A DNA stretch of 63,673 nt, the filler included, from Octopus bimaculoides (Eukaryota): the NCBI RefSeq assembly GCF_001194135.2. It is 6 parts of 6 records of this genome, joined end to end, with 100 filler letters (N's around TTAATTAATTAA, not from the genome) between each part and the next. Parts side by side here need not be neighbours in the genome. Positions count along the whole stretch, not along the records: positions 1 to 15,479 come from NC_068999.1; positions 15,580 to 25,383 come from NC_068994.1; 4 more parts are not named here. The stretch is one strand, 5' to 3'. Made by a program: the position numbers and the translations under genes. Of this stretch, positions 10,306 to 21,900 are shown one piece after another. The notes below the pieces were generated by a model. That model made no database searches. It was not told the DNA's origin and saw nothing but the letters and a program-made list of their open reading frames with translations. Position 1 is the first letter of the stretch; the number at the start of each line of letters is the position of its first letter.

Positions 10306-11955
10306 ACAATTATTGTTGCACATTCTTTCGTTAGTAGCAGCAAAGTTGTCAAGAATGTCTGTTGTTGTTGCTTGGTACAGTTATGGATACACGTCAGAGG
10401 CAAGTGTGTAAGTCGATATACTTAATATATTTACTACATATATACATTGCTATATTAACCCTCGTCATTTCCTTGGAGAAAAGCGTACATGTTGCGAAAT
10501 TCAATTTAAATGTTTCCTTCACCTTTAAATATGTGACATTGCATCGAATGTCCCAATTCAGCGGCATACCTACAACAGGTGTAACCTCATCGATTTTGTT
10601 TCCTCATAACTTCCAGAAAAATTGATATTTTTTCATGAAATCTTCTACAAATTCGCTTTTGATGGTGCAGATTCCGATTGTATCGGAATTTGTTGTAAAA
10701 AGTTGTTTTTTTTCCTCCCGAGGGTGGGGAGAGGAGTTTCGGAAAATTCACACAAATCAGTTTCTGTTCCTCATAACTTAAAAAACAAAATCGGAAATTT
10801 TAATGAAATTTTCTATAGATACTATTTGGATAATGCACATTACGATTGTATCGGACCTAATGTGAGAAATAAAATTGTTGGGCACATACACATACTTTAC
10901 GATTCACAATTTTTTTTTTTTGTGACACACATCACAATATTTTTCGAAATTCCAAGTTTCATTTCGTAGGAATATGTGATGTGTGTCTGCATTTGTGTGT
11001 GAGCCAACCCCCCCCCCCACTTTTCCAGCTGTAAACTGTCCCATCTCTTATCAAATAACATATCTAGTATTACATTATTTAAAGTCTTCATTTATTCAAG
11101 ATGGTTTGAGACAGTTAAGAAGCAAAAATGGTAGCATCTTGAATTAAACGCTTTTTAATACCTGTGCTGAGCTGGGATTGAATTTAGCATTTTGGCTGAG
11201 GGACTCAATAATAATTACCTGTTGTTCAGTCTTAAGTCAGCCTTAAACAAGCTTACCTGTGATCAAAAGTGCCCAAGCTGTCATTATCTCATCTTAAGGC
11301 ATAAGACGTAAATAATGTCTTTTTCTATATTGATATGACATAATTTCAGGAAAGGTTGCTGCTCTTTCCAGTAGGCCGAGCAACCACATAAAGGGCTCTC
11401 TATCTGTTATATACAAGAATAGATTTCATTGTTTGTATTCATATTCCTCTGGATATTTGTGTCTTGAAAATGCTCTGGTATTGAGTTGGAGAAATGGTAA
11501 GTACAGGGGAGATAACTTGTTCAGGAATTGCCCCAAACGTGTTTTGCAATGGAAGATGGATAATGGAATGCAGGGTATGAGTCTAATGGAAAGTGCCTGT
11601 ATAGTGTTGGGTGTGAGGAACAGGAGTCAATGTGGTTATAACAATAATTTTGCCAACATAATGTGGCTCTCCTGGAAGGGACGACTGCTACTGTTGCTTA
11701 GCCCCAGGAAACATCATTTCCAGCTAGCTATACGACACAATATCTGTGTCCTTATATTTTCGAACAGGGAGTTCAGCACTCCCATCCAGTAAATATTGGG
11801 GCTAAACAACAGTAGCAGTCACCCCTGACAGGACAGCCACTTGGTGGCAAATGTTACTGAATATCTCTCTTTGAGAGATTTAGAAATATTTATATTTCTA
11901 TTTATAAATTCATTTCAGCTTAAATATATTTTCTGTATTTTGTTTTTCTGTGCAG

Positions 11956-12069
11956 GGTAAATTAACAGCTCGTCAAAGAATCCACGTCTTACTTGATCCT
12001 GGTTCTTTTGTGGAATATGATCAGTTTTTGGAGCATAGCTGTATCGACTTTGGAATGGAGAAGGAAAAG
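11956..12069 (+). CDS. PCCB: PCCB coding exon 2 ([38 protein letters not shown])
   Basis: 114 nt, TGCAG/GTAATA. Carboxyltransferase motif [34 protein letters not shown]. Not in the supplied ORF track. Confidence 0.97.
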
Positions 12070-12268
12070 GTAATAATACAGAAAAATAGACATCAAAGAA
12101 ATGAATGGATGCTTTATAGCTAATTCCCAACTTTTTTGATGTTATCTTTGATTTCCTTTTGTGTTCTTTATTCGTTTAATAGTATTCATTCGCTTAGTAA
12201 AAAGATTTAGAATATCAAGCATCCAAAGACACTAAGAATTTATCTCCAATAATAATGGTTATTCTTTT

Positions 12269-12657
12269 GGGCCTCACAGAGGCAAAGTGGCCAAGTTCCT
12301 TTCCAGTGTTGGGCCTCACGGAGATGAGGTGGCTAAGTTCCTTTCAAGCAGGCCTCACGGAGGCAAGGTGGCTGAGTTTCTTTTGAGTGTTGGGCCTCAC
12401 AGAGGCAATGACCAAGATCTTTGGCATTATGTCATGCTTGAGAAAAAGACCCATCAAGCTGAGCAAAATAACAGTCATGGCAGATACTAGTGTCATGCAA
12501 ATGGCACCCTTGCCGGTGGCACGTGAAAGCACCCATTACACTCTTGGAGTGGTTGACGTTAAGAAGGGCATCCAACCATGGAAAACCATGCAAATCAGAC
12601 TGGATCCTGGCACAGCATGCCAGTTTGGGACAATGGACATTTAAATGATGATGATGA
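12269..12657 (+). mobile_element. SINE-D (working name), SINE-like repeat with (ATG)n tail and a ~42-bp tandem array
   Basis: Core TTAAGAAGGGCATCCA.CCA.GGAAA. Opposite-strand 3' copies at ~810-1000, 1450-1630, 5500-5660 and 6065-6240. Confidence 0.78.
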
Positions 12658-13172
12658 ATCAAATACTTTACTGGACAGAAAATGGCACAAGTTTATATTA
12701 GGTACAATTGACAATCACTTATTCAGCTTTCTATTTCATCAACGTCACCCAGCAAGTATGAAAGGACTCTGGAATTCAACATAATTTGGCTGATACTGGA
12801 TTAAACTTATAATTTAGAGAAATGGTTTTACTGATACGTCTGTAGAGAGTAGCCAACCTTTATGTTTGCAGAAGTATAAACAGAGACATTAAAAAATGCT
12901 CTTTCACTGTAAGCTATGTTGCAATGACTAAAAATTAGTTTTGTGATTGGATCATGTTGTTGTAATCTTCAATAACAAAAACTTCAAAACCCACATTTTG
13001 ATTAAAAACAAAAAATTGTTTAATAGGAATTTATAAGAATTTTCCAGAGAGTGTAGACTTTAATAATTGCTTTCTTTTAGTAAAATTTACATACTCCAAA
13101 TTAATTATTAAGCAGTTTTCTTTATTACAGTATATTTTGGTGTATAACAAAACTGTTTGTTTTATTTTCCAG

Positions 13173-13241
13173 TATCCTGGTGACAGTGTTATTACAGGTA
13201 GAGGGAAAATATTTGGTCAACAAGTATTTATATTTAGCCAG
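13173..13241 (+). CDS. PCCB: PCCB coding exon 3 (YPGDSVITGRGKIFGQQVFIFSQ)
   Basis: 69 nt, TTCCAG/GTGAGT. Matches [23 protein letters not shown]. Confidence 0.97.
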
Positions 13242-13579
13242 GTGAGTAGCTTGTATTTGCATTAACAAATATATACGTCAGTAATCTAAACATTTAAGTC
13301 TCCATACACTGATTGCCATTTTAAGAAATGGATTTCTAATTGAAAGGTAGATTTAATCCTGTTGCTAGCAGTTGGTCTAGATCTTCAGTTAGAGTAACTG
13401 TTTTTTTTTTACCGTTCTTGGAGGATTTACAAAATGGTCATGAATACTGTCCTCCCTTTTCTAAGGCATAAAAAAGGGGAAAAAAATGTAGTCTGTGTTA
13501 GATAGCCAAGGGGAGATTATCCCTCATTTGCTTAATATTACTAAATCTGAAGTTAAGAAATGAATACTTAAGATTATTA

Positions 13580-13749
13580 GGTAAATTTTCAGATTAACAC
13601 CCGTACAATTTTCACTAAGGTTTTAGGGTTTTAGGGTCAGGGTTAGGTTTTTAGGGTTAGGGAATTCCATCCGTAACCCTAACCCAAAAACTAACCCTGA
13701 CCCTAACACCCTTGTGAAAATCGTGCGGGTGTTAATCTGAAAATTTACC
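13580..13749. mobile_element. 170-bp foldback element with telomere-like TTAGGG/CCCTAA arms (PCCB intron 3)
   Basis: Outer 36 nt of the two arms are inverted complements at 34/36. Inner arms are degenerate TTAGGG then CCCTAA runs around a ~14-nt loop. No clear TSD. Confidence 0.75.
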
Positions 13750-13969
13750 GAGTATTACAGCTGACGGTGGGATATATTTTATCAACAGTGGTAAAATATT
13801 AAGTTCTTATGTAGAGCAAGGGAATAAAATCAAGAACATTAACAATATATGTAAAGGCGAATTGAACTGATATTGTTTTGGGACTGAAGCCCCATCATAT
13901 AAATCTAACTAGAAGCAGACCATTTTCTCTATGTTGCTCACAGTGTCTGTAAAACATTTACACTTTCAG

Positions 13970-14026
13970 GACTTTACAGTATTTGGAGGCAGCTTATCTG
14001 GGGCTCATGCCAAAAAGGTTTGTAAG
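13970..14026 (+). CDS. PCCB: PCCB coding exon 4 ([19 protein letters not shown])
   Basis: 57 nt, TTTCAG/GTAAGT. Conserved [10 protein letters not shown] motif. Confidence 0.98.
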
Positions 14027-14418
14027 GTAAGTAATGATAATTAATTGTTAGAAATATTTTTTTTAGTATTTTATGGTTTTTCTCTAGACTTCCAGGAATA
14101 TTGGCTGAGGTCGGCTTCTTTTATGTAACTGTAGAATCTGCTCTTCTTTGTGGCTGTGAATCCTGAACTCTAAAGCCTGTATTGCAGAAGTTTTAGGAAT
14201 GGTATTACACCAAAATACCTCATGCAATGCTTGACCTCAAACACAACAAGCAGTCAGCAGATTGAGGCTGGTTGGTCATTACCAGATGCAGTGGGAGCTC
14301 TCGGCCAGCCAGCTGGTGATAATGGAGTTAACATACACAGACACACATACATATAAACAAAATGCGTATTATTGATTGTTCTAATTAGATGTATTCTTTT
14401 ACTGGTTTTAGTAAATAG

Positions 14419-14622
<204 letters not shown>

Positions 14623-14683
14623 TAATTTCTAGTTCCTCCTTTCTTCTTCCCTCTCTGTTTCTCTTTAACTGCTTCATCTACCG

Positions 14684-15007
14684 TAATAATACTCTTGTGT
14701 TTTTCTGTCATAACATATGAATGAGAAAGGAAGAGCTGGTAGATGAATATGGAAGGAAGGGGTGATGGCAAACATGGTAGTGGGACGATGGAAATTCTAC
14801 GGTGGAAAAAAAATCAAATCAAATCAGAACAGCGTTTCAACTCTTGAGTATATGTGCATGTATGTAAAAGGGAGGTATTATGTGAATGATTGTGTGTGTG
14901 TGTACAGTGGAAGTGGATGGTGAACATTGAATGCTGAAAAAGAAAATCAAACAGCGTTTCAACTCTGTGAGTGTATGTGTGTGCGTGTACAAGGGAAGTA
15001 TGTGAAC
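14684..15007. repeat. Second copy (opposite orientation) of the 79-357 repeat
   Basis: Shared blocks ACTCTTGTGTTTTTCTGTCA.AACATATGAATGAGAAAGGAAG and CAGCGTTTCAACTCT (twice). Confidence 0.8.
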
Positions 15008-15129
15008 CAGCGTTCTTAAAGTAACAAATGATGATTGATGTCACATCTCAAAAGACAATCCCTAGATAACATTGACAAGTGTATGAATTTGATTTACCAT
15101 CCGTATTCTATCTTTTGTCCTTATTTATA

Positions 15130-15170
15130 TATAAAACTAGCAGAGCCACCCGGCGTTGCCCGGGAATGAA
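15130..15170. mobile_element. Possible Helitron/Helentron-type terminal fragment
   Basis: TATAAAACTAGCAGAGCCACCCGGCGTTGCCCGGG: an ACTAG followed by a GC-rich hairpin, resembling Helentron/HINE ends. Short, so tentative. Confidence 0.4.
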
Positions 15171-15189
15171 ATTGTTGCTTATTGGTATT

Positions 15190-15479
15190 TACTCTTTTAC
15201 TTGTTTCAGTCATTTGACTGCGGCCATGCTGGAGCACCGCCTTTAGTCGAGCAAATCAACCCCAGGACAAATTCTTTGGAAGCCTAGTACTTATTCTATC
15301 GAACTCTTTTGCCGAACCGCTAAGTTACGGGGACGTAAACACACCAGCATCGGTTGTCAAGCGATGTTGGGGGGACAAACACAGACACACAAACACATAT
15401 ATATACATATATACGACGGGCTTCTTTCAATTTCCGCCTACCAAATCCACTCACAAGGCTTTGGTCGGCCCGAGGCTAT
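15190..15479 (-). mobile_element. SINE-B copy, young (CpG intact), truncated by a gap
   Basis: Near-consensus match to the other SINE-B copies. Confidence 0.88.
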
Positions 15480-15579
15480 NNNNNNNNNNNNNNNNNNNNN
15501 NNNNNNNNNNNNNNNNNNNNNNNTTAATTAATTAANNNNNNNNNNNNNNNNNNNNNNNNNNNNNNNNNNNNNNNNNNNN
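15480..15579. other. Artificial 100-bp scaffolding gap (44 N + TTAATTAATTAA + 44 N); identical gaps at 25384-25483, 38714-38813, 51980-52079 and 59926-60025
   Basis: The same length and 12-mer occur five times; the 12-mer gives stops in all six frames. Confidence 0.97.
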
Positions 15580-15953
15580 GCAGTTCGGCCAAGGAGACAA
15601 GCTGCGGGAAAGCGCGCCGCACAAACGGCGACCACACTTGTTCACTATCGTCTATGAAGCGCCGGAGATGTCGTAGTCTCAGCGCATGTCTGCGCATCAT
15701 CAACCACGGCATGCCTAGCCCTCCATTTAGCGGGTGTTGACAGCAAATGGATCGCCTAACCATCGGAACGCTTCCCTTCCACTAGAAGCGGAAGAGTATG
15801 CGTTCCAGTTTGGTGGTGGTAGGGTCGGGACAAGGCACAACGGTCAGACGGTAATGATGACCGATGCGATGTACGGTGCATAAACTGTTATCAGTCGAAA
15901 AGCACACCTATTTCTGCCGTCGACATCCAAGACGACCAGCCTACCCTCCGGTT
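15580..15953 (-). mobile_element. Internally deleted Tx1/L1-clade non-LTR retrotransposon fragment
   Basis: GC-rich island. Minus strand reads [26 protein letters not shown] (APE endonuclease) then [55 protein letters not shown] (post-RT FxW..GGLG region). Confidence 0.8.
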
Positions 15954-16013
15954 GAGAGAGAGAGAGAGAGAGAGATGGATGGATGGATGGATGGATGGAT
16001 GGATGGATGGATG

Positions 16014-16068
<55 letters not shown>

Positions 16069-16224
16069 GAACTTAATACAATTTGATTACCAACATACAA
16101 ACAAGAAAAAAATGTCTGACGTGTAAGAAATAAGTCCTCAAGAAATACAATGTTTACGAGCTGTGCCAACTCGTTAAGTTTTCAATGCTCTACATCAAAC
16201 CATTATTTCTACGACCATAGTATC

Positions 16225-16256
16225 CTCTCTCTCTCTCTCTCTTTCCATTTTCTCTA

Positions 16257-16317
<61 letters not shown>

Positions 16318-16462
16318 CGCGCACGTGTGTATGTATGTAAGTATATATATGTGTATGCATCTATGTATGTCTTGACTGCCTTTTTCTTCCTCTATTTCTC
16401 TCCTTTTACACTCTCTTTGTCTCTGTTTCTCTCTCCTTCTTTCTCTCCCACCTTCATACTCT

Positions 16463-16518
<56 letters not shown>
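16225..16518. repeat. Compound (CT)n/(GT)n microsatellite running into a gap
   Basis: Visible simple repeats. Confidence 0.95.
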
Positions 16519-17394
16519 NNNNNNNNNNNNNNNNNNNNNNNNNNNNNNNNNNNNNNNNNNNNNNNNNNNNNNNNNNNNNNNNNNNNNNNNNNNNNNNNNN
16601 NNNNNNNNNNNNNNNNNNNNNNNNNNNNNNNNNNNNNNNNNNNNNNNNNNNNNNNNNNNNNNNNNNNNNNNNNNNNNNNNNNNNNNNNNNNNNNNNNNNN
16701 NNNNNNNNNNNNNNNNNNNNNNNNNNNNNNNNNNNNNNNNNNNNNNNNNNNNNNNNNNNNNNNNNNNNNNNNNNNNNNNNNNNNNNNNNNNNNNNNNNNN
16801 NNNNNNNNNNNNNNNNNNNNNNNNNNNNNNNNNNNNNNNNNNNNNNNNNNNNNNNNNNNNNNNNNNNNNNNNNNNNNNNNNNNNNNNNNNNNNNNNNNNN
16901 NNNNNNNNNNNNNNNNNNNNNNNNNNNNNNNNNNNNNNNNNNNNNNNNNNNNNNNNNNNNNNNNNNNNNNNNNNNNNNNNNNNNNNNNNNNNNNNNNNNN
17001 NNNNNNNNNNNNNNNNNNNNNNNNNNNNNNNNNNNNNNNNNNNNNNNNNNNNNNNNNNNNNNNNNNNNNNNNNNNNNNNNNNNNNNNNNNNNNNNNNNNN
17101 NNNNNNNNNNNNNNNNNNNNNNNNNNNNNNNNNNNNNNNNNNNNNNNNNNNNNNNNNNNNNNNNNNNNNNNNNNNNNNNNNATATATACTTCTGTCTGTC
17201 CCTCTTAATCTCACATTTTCACACATGCATGCATCTGTACACACAAGCAAACACGCAGACAAATACTCATCTATGTATTCATCTGTATATCTATTTATCA
17301 ATAACTCTATTTATCTATTTCTCTGTGTTTATCTATCAGCTTGTCTGTTTATCTATCCATTTATCTATCAATATATATATATATGTATATATAA

Positions 17395-17605
17395 AGGCGG
17401 TGAGCTGGCAGAATCATTAACATGCCAGGCGAAATGCTTAGCGGTATTTCGTCTGCCTTTACGTTCTGAGTTCAAATTTCACCGAGGTCGACTTTGCCTT
17501 TCATCCTTTCGGGGTCGATAAATTAAGTACTAGTTGTGTACTGGGGTCGATCTAATCGTTTAGCCCCACCCCATAAATTTCGGGCCTTGTGCTTAGAGTA
17601 GAAAC
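17395..17605 (+). mobile_element. SINE-A (working name), tRNA-type SINE, well-preserved copy
   Basis: A-box-like TGGCAGAATC and B-box GAGTTCAAATT; body GGTCGACTTTGCCTTTCATCCTTTCGGGGTCGATAAATTAAGTAC. More than 10 copies in the window. Confidence 0.85.
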
Positions 17606-18053
17606 GAATATATATGTGTGTGTGTGTGTGCATTTACCTCTCTCTCCCTCTTGAACTCGCACATATGCACATATATACACTAACGCATACACACATCGAC
17701 TGACATACACACACACACACACACACACACATGCAGACAAATACTCATGTCTCTTTATCACCTTATCTCTTTCTCTCTCTTCCTCTCTCTCTCCCTCTCT
17801 CTTCCTCTCTCTCTAATTATCTATCTAAACATAGATCTGTTCATCCATCCAGCTATCCATCCATCCATCGGTCTGTCTGTCTGTCTGTTCGTCCGTCTGT
17901 CTAAATATCTATCTCTCTCTGTCTATCTAACTATCCATCTATCTATATCTATCTAGTCCGTCTGCCTGTCTATATTGCTTCCTCTCAAACCCACTTTCAC
18001 ACATTCATACACGCAAGCAGAAACTTACATATAGCCACGCGCCCACACACACA

Positions 18054-18092
<39 letters not shown>

Positions 18093-18859
18093 ACACACCT
18101 ATCCACATACGCATACTACGACACAGGTATACTCATCTCTTTCCTTTTATCTCTTCCTCTCTTTTGTCTTTGTAGAAGATGTTGCTAAGGTTTCTTCAAC
18201 ACCCTCAGACCATTCGCTAATGACTTTGGTTAACGTAAAGGAAGAGTTCTGAGTCGTACCCCACAGCCACCTTATTCATTGCACAATTGTGTGTGAGAGA
18301 CAATAGGAGGTCTCTCCAATGGATATGAGACTTATTGGCATAGTCATCTTGGCGCCGTCTAATTGGCGTCTCTGGTTCGAAGATGATTTATCTGACAACA
18401 GACGTTTCTCTCGTCCTCTCCTTCCCACTTTCTCCTTCTTTATCACTCTCTGTTCGTCTCTCTCCCTCTTTCACTGTCTCTGTATCTCTCTGTCTCTGTA
18501 TATCTATTTTTCTTTCTCTGCCTATGTATATTAATATATATACTTCTTTCTTTTTAGCTGCTGAACACCGGGAAAAACTTTCCATGAAGCGACTACTCGT
18601 AAAGGATCAATATTTTCATATACTGGTTTAACCCTCCCTTTCTACATCCACCACATAGGTGTGTTCCTCCATCAGTTTAAGTCGATAAGCGTGTCAATTT
18701 GATGACGTTCGTCGAATTAATGGGATTATTAACTTCATCGCAAAACCTTGTCAATAGAAATCGTTGGCATATTTTCAATGAATAATTCCTGGTATTTTGT
18801 CGTTGAGTAACTTAAGTGGTTTTATATGGAAGAGTGCAAAGTAAGATTATAAGAAGAGA

Positions 18860-18860
18860 C

Positions 18861-18899
<39 letters not shown>

Positions 18900-19055
18900 C
18901 AGATAGATAGATAGATAGATAGATAGATAAAGTGCACAGGCTTGTATGCGTATGTGTGTGAACGTATCGGTGTATGTATATTTATATATATACATGCATA
19001 TATAGTCATAAATGCATATATTTTTATGTATACGTATATACTATATATATATATA

Positions 19056-19104
<49 letters not shown>

Positions 19105-19108
19105 GTAT

Positions 19109-19139
<31 letters not shown>

Positions 19140-19261
19140 CACACACACATGCATTACTTATAGAGAAATATATTCATATATATATGTATACACACACACA
19201 TACATATATACATACATACATATACATACATATCTATATGCACATCTATATACATACAAAG

Positions 19262-19339
<78 letters not shown>

Positions 19340-19350
19340 GTGTGTGTGTC
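18860..19350. repeat. Compound (GATA)n/(TA)n/(CA)n/(TG)n microsatellite
   Basis: Visible simple repeats. Confidence 0.95.
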
Positions 19351-20589
19351 CATACAGCGCTGTCAGTAACAAGCGCTCAGGCGTAGATATCTGGTCAATA
19401 AAATGTGAGTTTGAATATTTTCCTCTGTAATTTTGTCGATCTCTCTCAGTTAAGCCACGTAACGAGCAGTTTTATATGATATAATTACATATTAAAACCC
19501 CTATCACTAAACGACTCTACGTTGTTCAAACTAGATTATCTGAATCCTTATTCACTCCACGTCTGCTTTAGTCTTGATGATTACGGTTGATGCTCGTATC
19601 ACCAACGTTTACAGACAGCAATATCAAATGTGTGAGATATCACCAAAGTGCCTAAGTTTGAATTATCTGACTTAGGCTTTCCAATTAGATTTCACGTGTA
19701 TTCTGAAGTTATCATAAAGCCTGGGGAAAATTCCTTTTTCTCTGTATGGAATGATAAGAGAACCAACTGGATAAAAACTTAACTCATCCTATACTTAAAA
19801 TCCACATTGATGCTAAGCTATTTCGACCGTCAATTGAATCTCATATATATATAATTATGACCGTCAAATGAATCTCATATATATATAATATAAATAATAT
19901 ATATATATGCATAAATACATACGTATATATACATACTTACATCTATACGTACATATACATGCATATGTAGGGAGAGGACGTCACGAAACGTGCACAACAA
20001 AAAAAGACAAAGTACGAGTACACGGAATATGTACTATTTTTTCGAACAACGAAAGACACAAATGGAAAACACGACAAACAACATAAAGAACGACCCTTCA
20101 TCAGTTGTTGGCTGTTTTTCTACTCTCGTATTTCGAGCATTTAACAACAATATACGCTTTCGATAAAACAGTTGCCCCTGCAAAGCAAATTAAATAAAAT
20201 TTGAGATTTTGCGGATGGTCAAAATTGCTAACACAAACAGGACAGTGAAAACAAACAGGAAGGGCTGCTAAGCCTAAACAAGGTTGTGGTGGCGAACGCG
20301 TAAATCGAGCTTGGACAGGAGACAGACAAGAACACGTCATCTTTGTTCCAGCTACAACGGAGAGAAAGACAAGTTAGGAGAAGAAAGAAAGATGGCCGAT
20401 GGTCACGTGGGAACTAAGTGAGCAAGGAAGGAGGAGTGAGGGAGAGAGAGAGTGACAGAGTAATAGGATAGAATAATGGGAGAAGAGATGGTAAAAGAAT
20501 AAGAGAGAGAAAGAGAGAAAAATGAAAGAGTGGAAAGATAGAGTGCACCATCTCCTGAAATGCCAGAGAAAATCTAAGGCCTTGTAGAA

Positions 20590-21400
20590 ATACTGTTAGT
20601 TTTGGTTGTAACCGAGGAAGACCGTTGCTGACATTTAGGAACATTGTGCGCTCTAGAACTAACTTATATTTTGCATTTGCGGCTCCGTTGGTGGCTAATG
20701 AGCTCTGCTCTTGACAAGTATACACGACTGCAAACATTGCAAACCAAGCTTTCCCATATTTACTCCACTAGCAGTGAGCTTTCGGGCAACACGCTTAATT
20801 TCTTCGTGAAGAATACGTGCCTTTTCAAAGATGTTGATCACCTCCTTAACCTGTTTCCTCCATCTGTGGCGATGACAGGCATTGCTCTCCCAATCGGTCT
20901 CCTGCATGTCACAGGCTTCAAATAAGGACCCAGTCCTTAAATCGCAGCCTTGGTTTCTGCCGGGCTCTCTTTCCACTAACAAGTTCCCCATACAGCATCT
21001 GTTTAGGGATCCTGCCATCCTTTATTCTAATGAGATGTCCAGTCCAATGTAACCGGCGCTTGTGCACCGTTGCTTCAATACTCAAGATATCAGCTTTTCT
21101 TCAAGACCTGTGTGTCTGAAGTTTTTAAGGTCCAGCTAACATTCAGAATGTCTCTCAGACACCTCTGATGGGAGCGTTCAAACACCTTTACATGACGTTT
21201 GTAAAGGGTCCATGTCTCACATGAGTAAAAGAGCGATGTTAGTACACATGCGCGGTACACTGTAATATATATGATGGACTCTCCAAGACGACGTATTAGC
21301 GTTCAGGTTTTGCCGAATGACCTGCACAAATGAATTTTTTACAGTAATCAGATGTTCGTTCTGAACATTAGCTCACTCCCTCCATAAAATCGACGTTGTC
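20590..21400 (-). mobile_element. RTE-clade LINE, 3' fragment (degenerate)
   Basis: VYRACVLTSLFYSCETWTLYKRHVKVFERSHQRCLRDILNVSW...LHWTGHLIRIKDGRIPKQMLYGELVSGKR, with frameshifts and stops. Confidence 0.88.
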
Positions 21401-21419
21401 TGAACAGGTACCGGGTGTA

Positions 21420-21560
21420 CCACACGTCTGATGTCAAAGTGATCACAGAGTAGCGTGAGGTGGTGTTGTGCTCAAGAACACAACGCACCGCCCGGTCTAG
21501 CAATTGAAATCACGATCTAGCGATCGTGGATCCAACTCCCTAACCACTAAACCATGCTTC
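21420..21560 (-). mobile_element. SINE-C-type 5' part
   Basis: TGCTCAAGAACACAACGCACCGCCCGGTC...AAT...CACGATCT...CCCTAACCACTAAACCATGC. Confidence 0.7.
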
Positions 21561-21589
21561 TACACAATATACAACAGGCTTCCAGACAA

Positions 21590-21900
21590 TTTCCGTCTGC
21601 CGAATCCACCTACAAGGGCATAGAACAACGCGGAGCTGCCCAAACTTCCCGACCAAAGACTTGTGGGTGGATTTAGTAGAGGGAAACTGAAAGAAGCCCG
21701 TCGTATATGTGTGTGTGTGCGCGCGCGCGTTTGTCCACCCACCCCCACTCCCAACATCGTAACTTAGCAGTTCAGCACAAAGCACCGATAGAATAAGTAC
21801 TAGGCTTACAAAGAATAAGTCCTGGGGTCGATTTTCTCGGCTAAAATTGGTGCTCCAGCATGGCCGCAGTCAAATGACTGAAACAATCAAACGAATAAAA
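21590..21900 (+). mobile_element. SINE-B 3' part
   Basis: TTGTGGGTGGATTTAGTAGAGGGAAACTGAAAGAAGCCCGTCG...CCAGCATGGCCGCAGTCAAATGACTGAAACAA. Confidence 0.85.

Noticed and set aside
12269-12430. CRISPR-like repeat-spacer array
   Set aside because: The context is eukaryotic, the spacers are homologous to each other, and there are no cas genes.
12645-12805. ATGATGA...CTGA as an intronic C/D box snoRNA
   Set aside because: The C-box look-alike is the (ATG)n SINE tail, with no terminal stem; ATGATGA at ~15024 has no D box either.
15524-15535. TTAATTAATTAA as a PacI-like or homeodomain site
   Set aside because: It is a scaffolding linker flanked by exactly 44 N on each side, five times.
19960-20420. 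CTGATGA on the minus strand (~20097-20103) as a hammerhead core in a PLE-terminus-like repeat
   Set aside because: There is no correctly placed helix II/GAAA/UH arrangement in any of the three topologies I tried.
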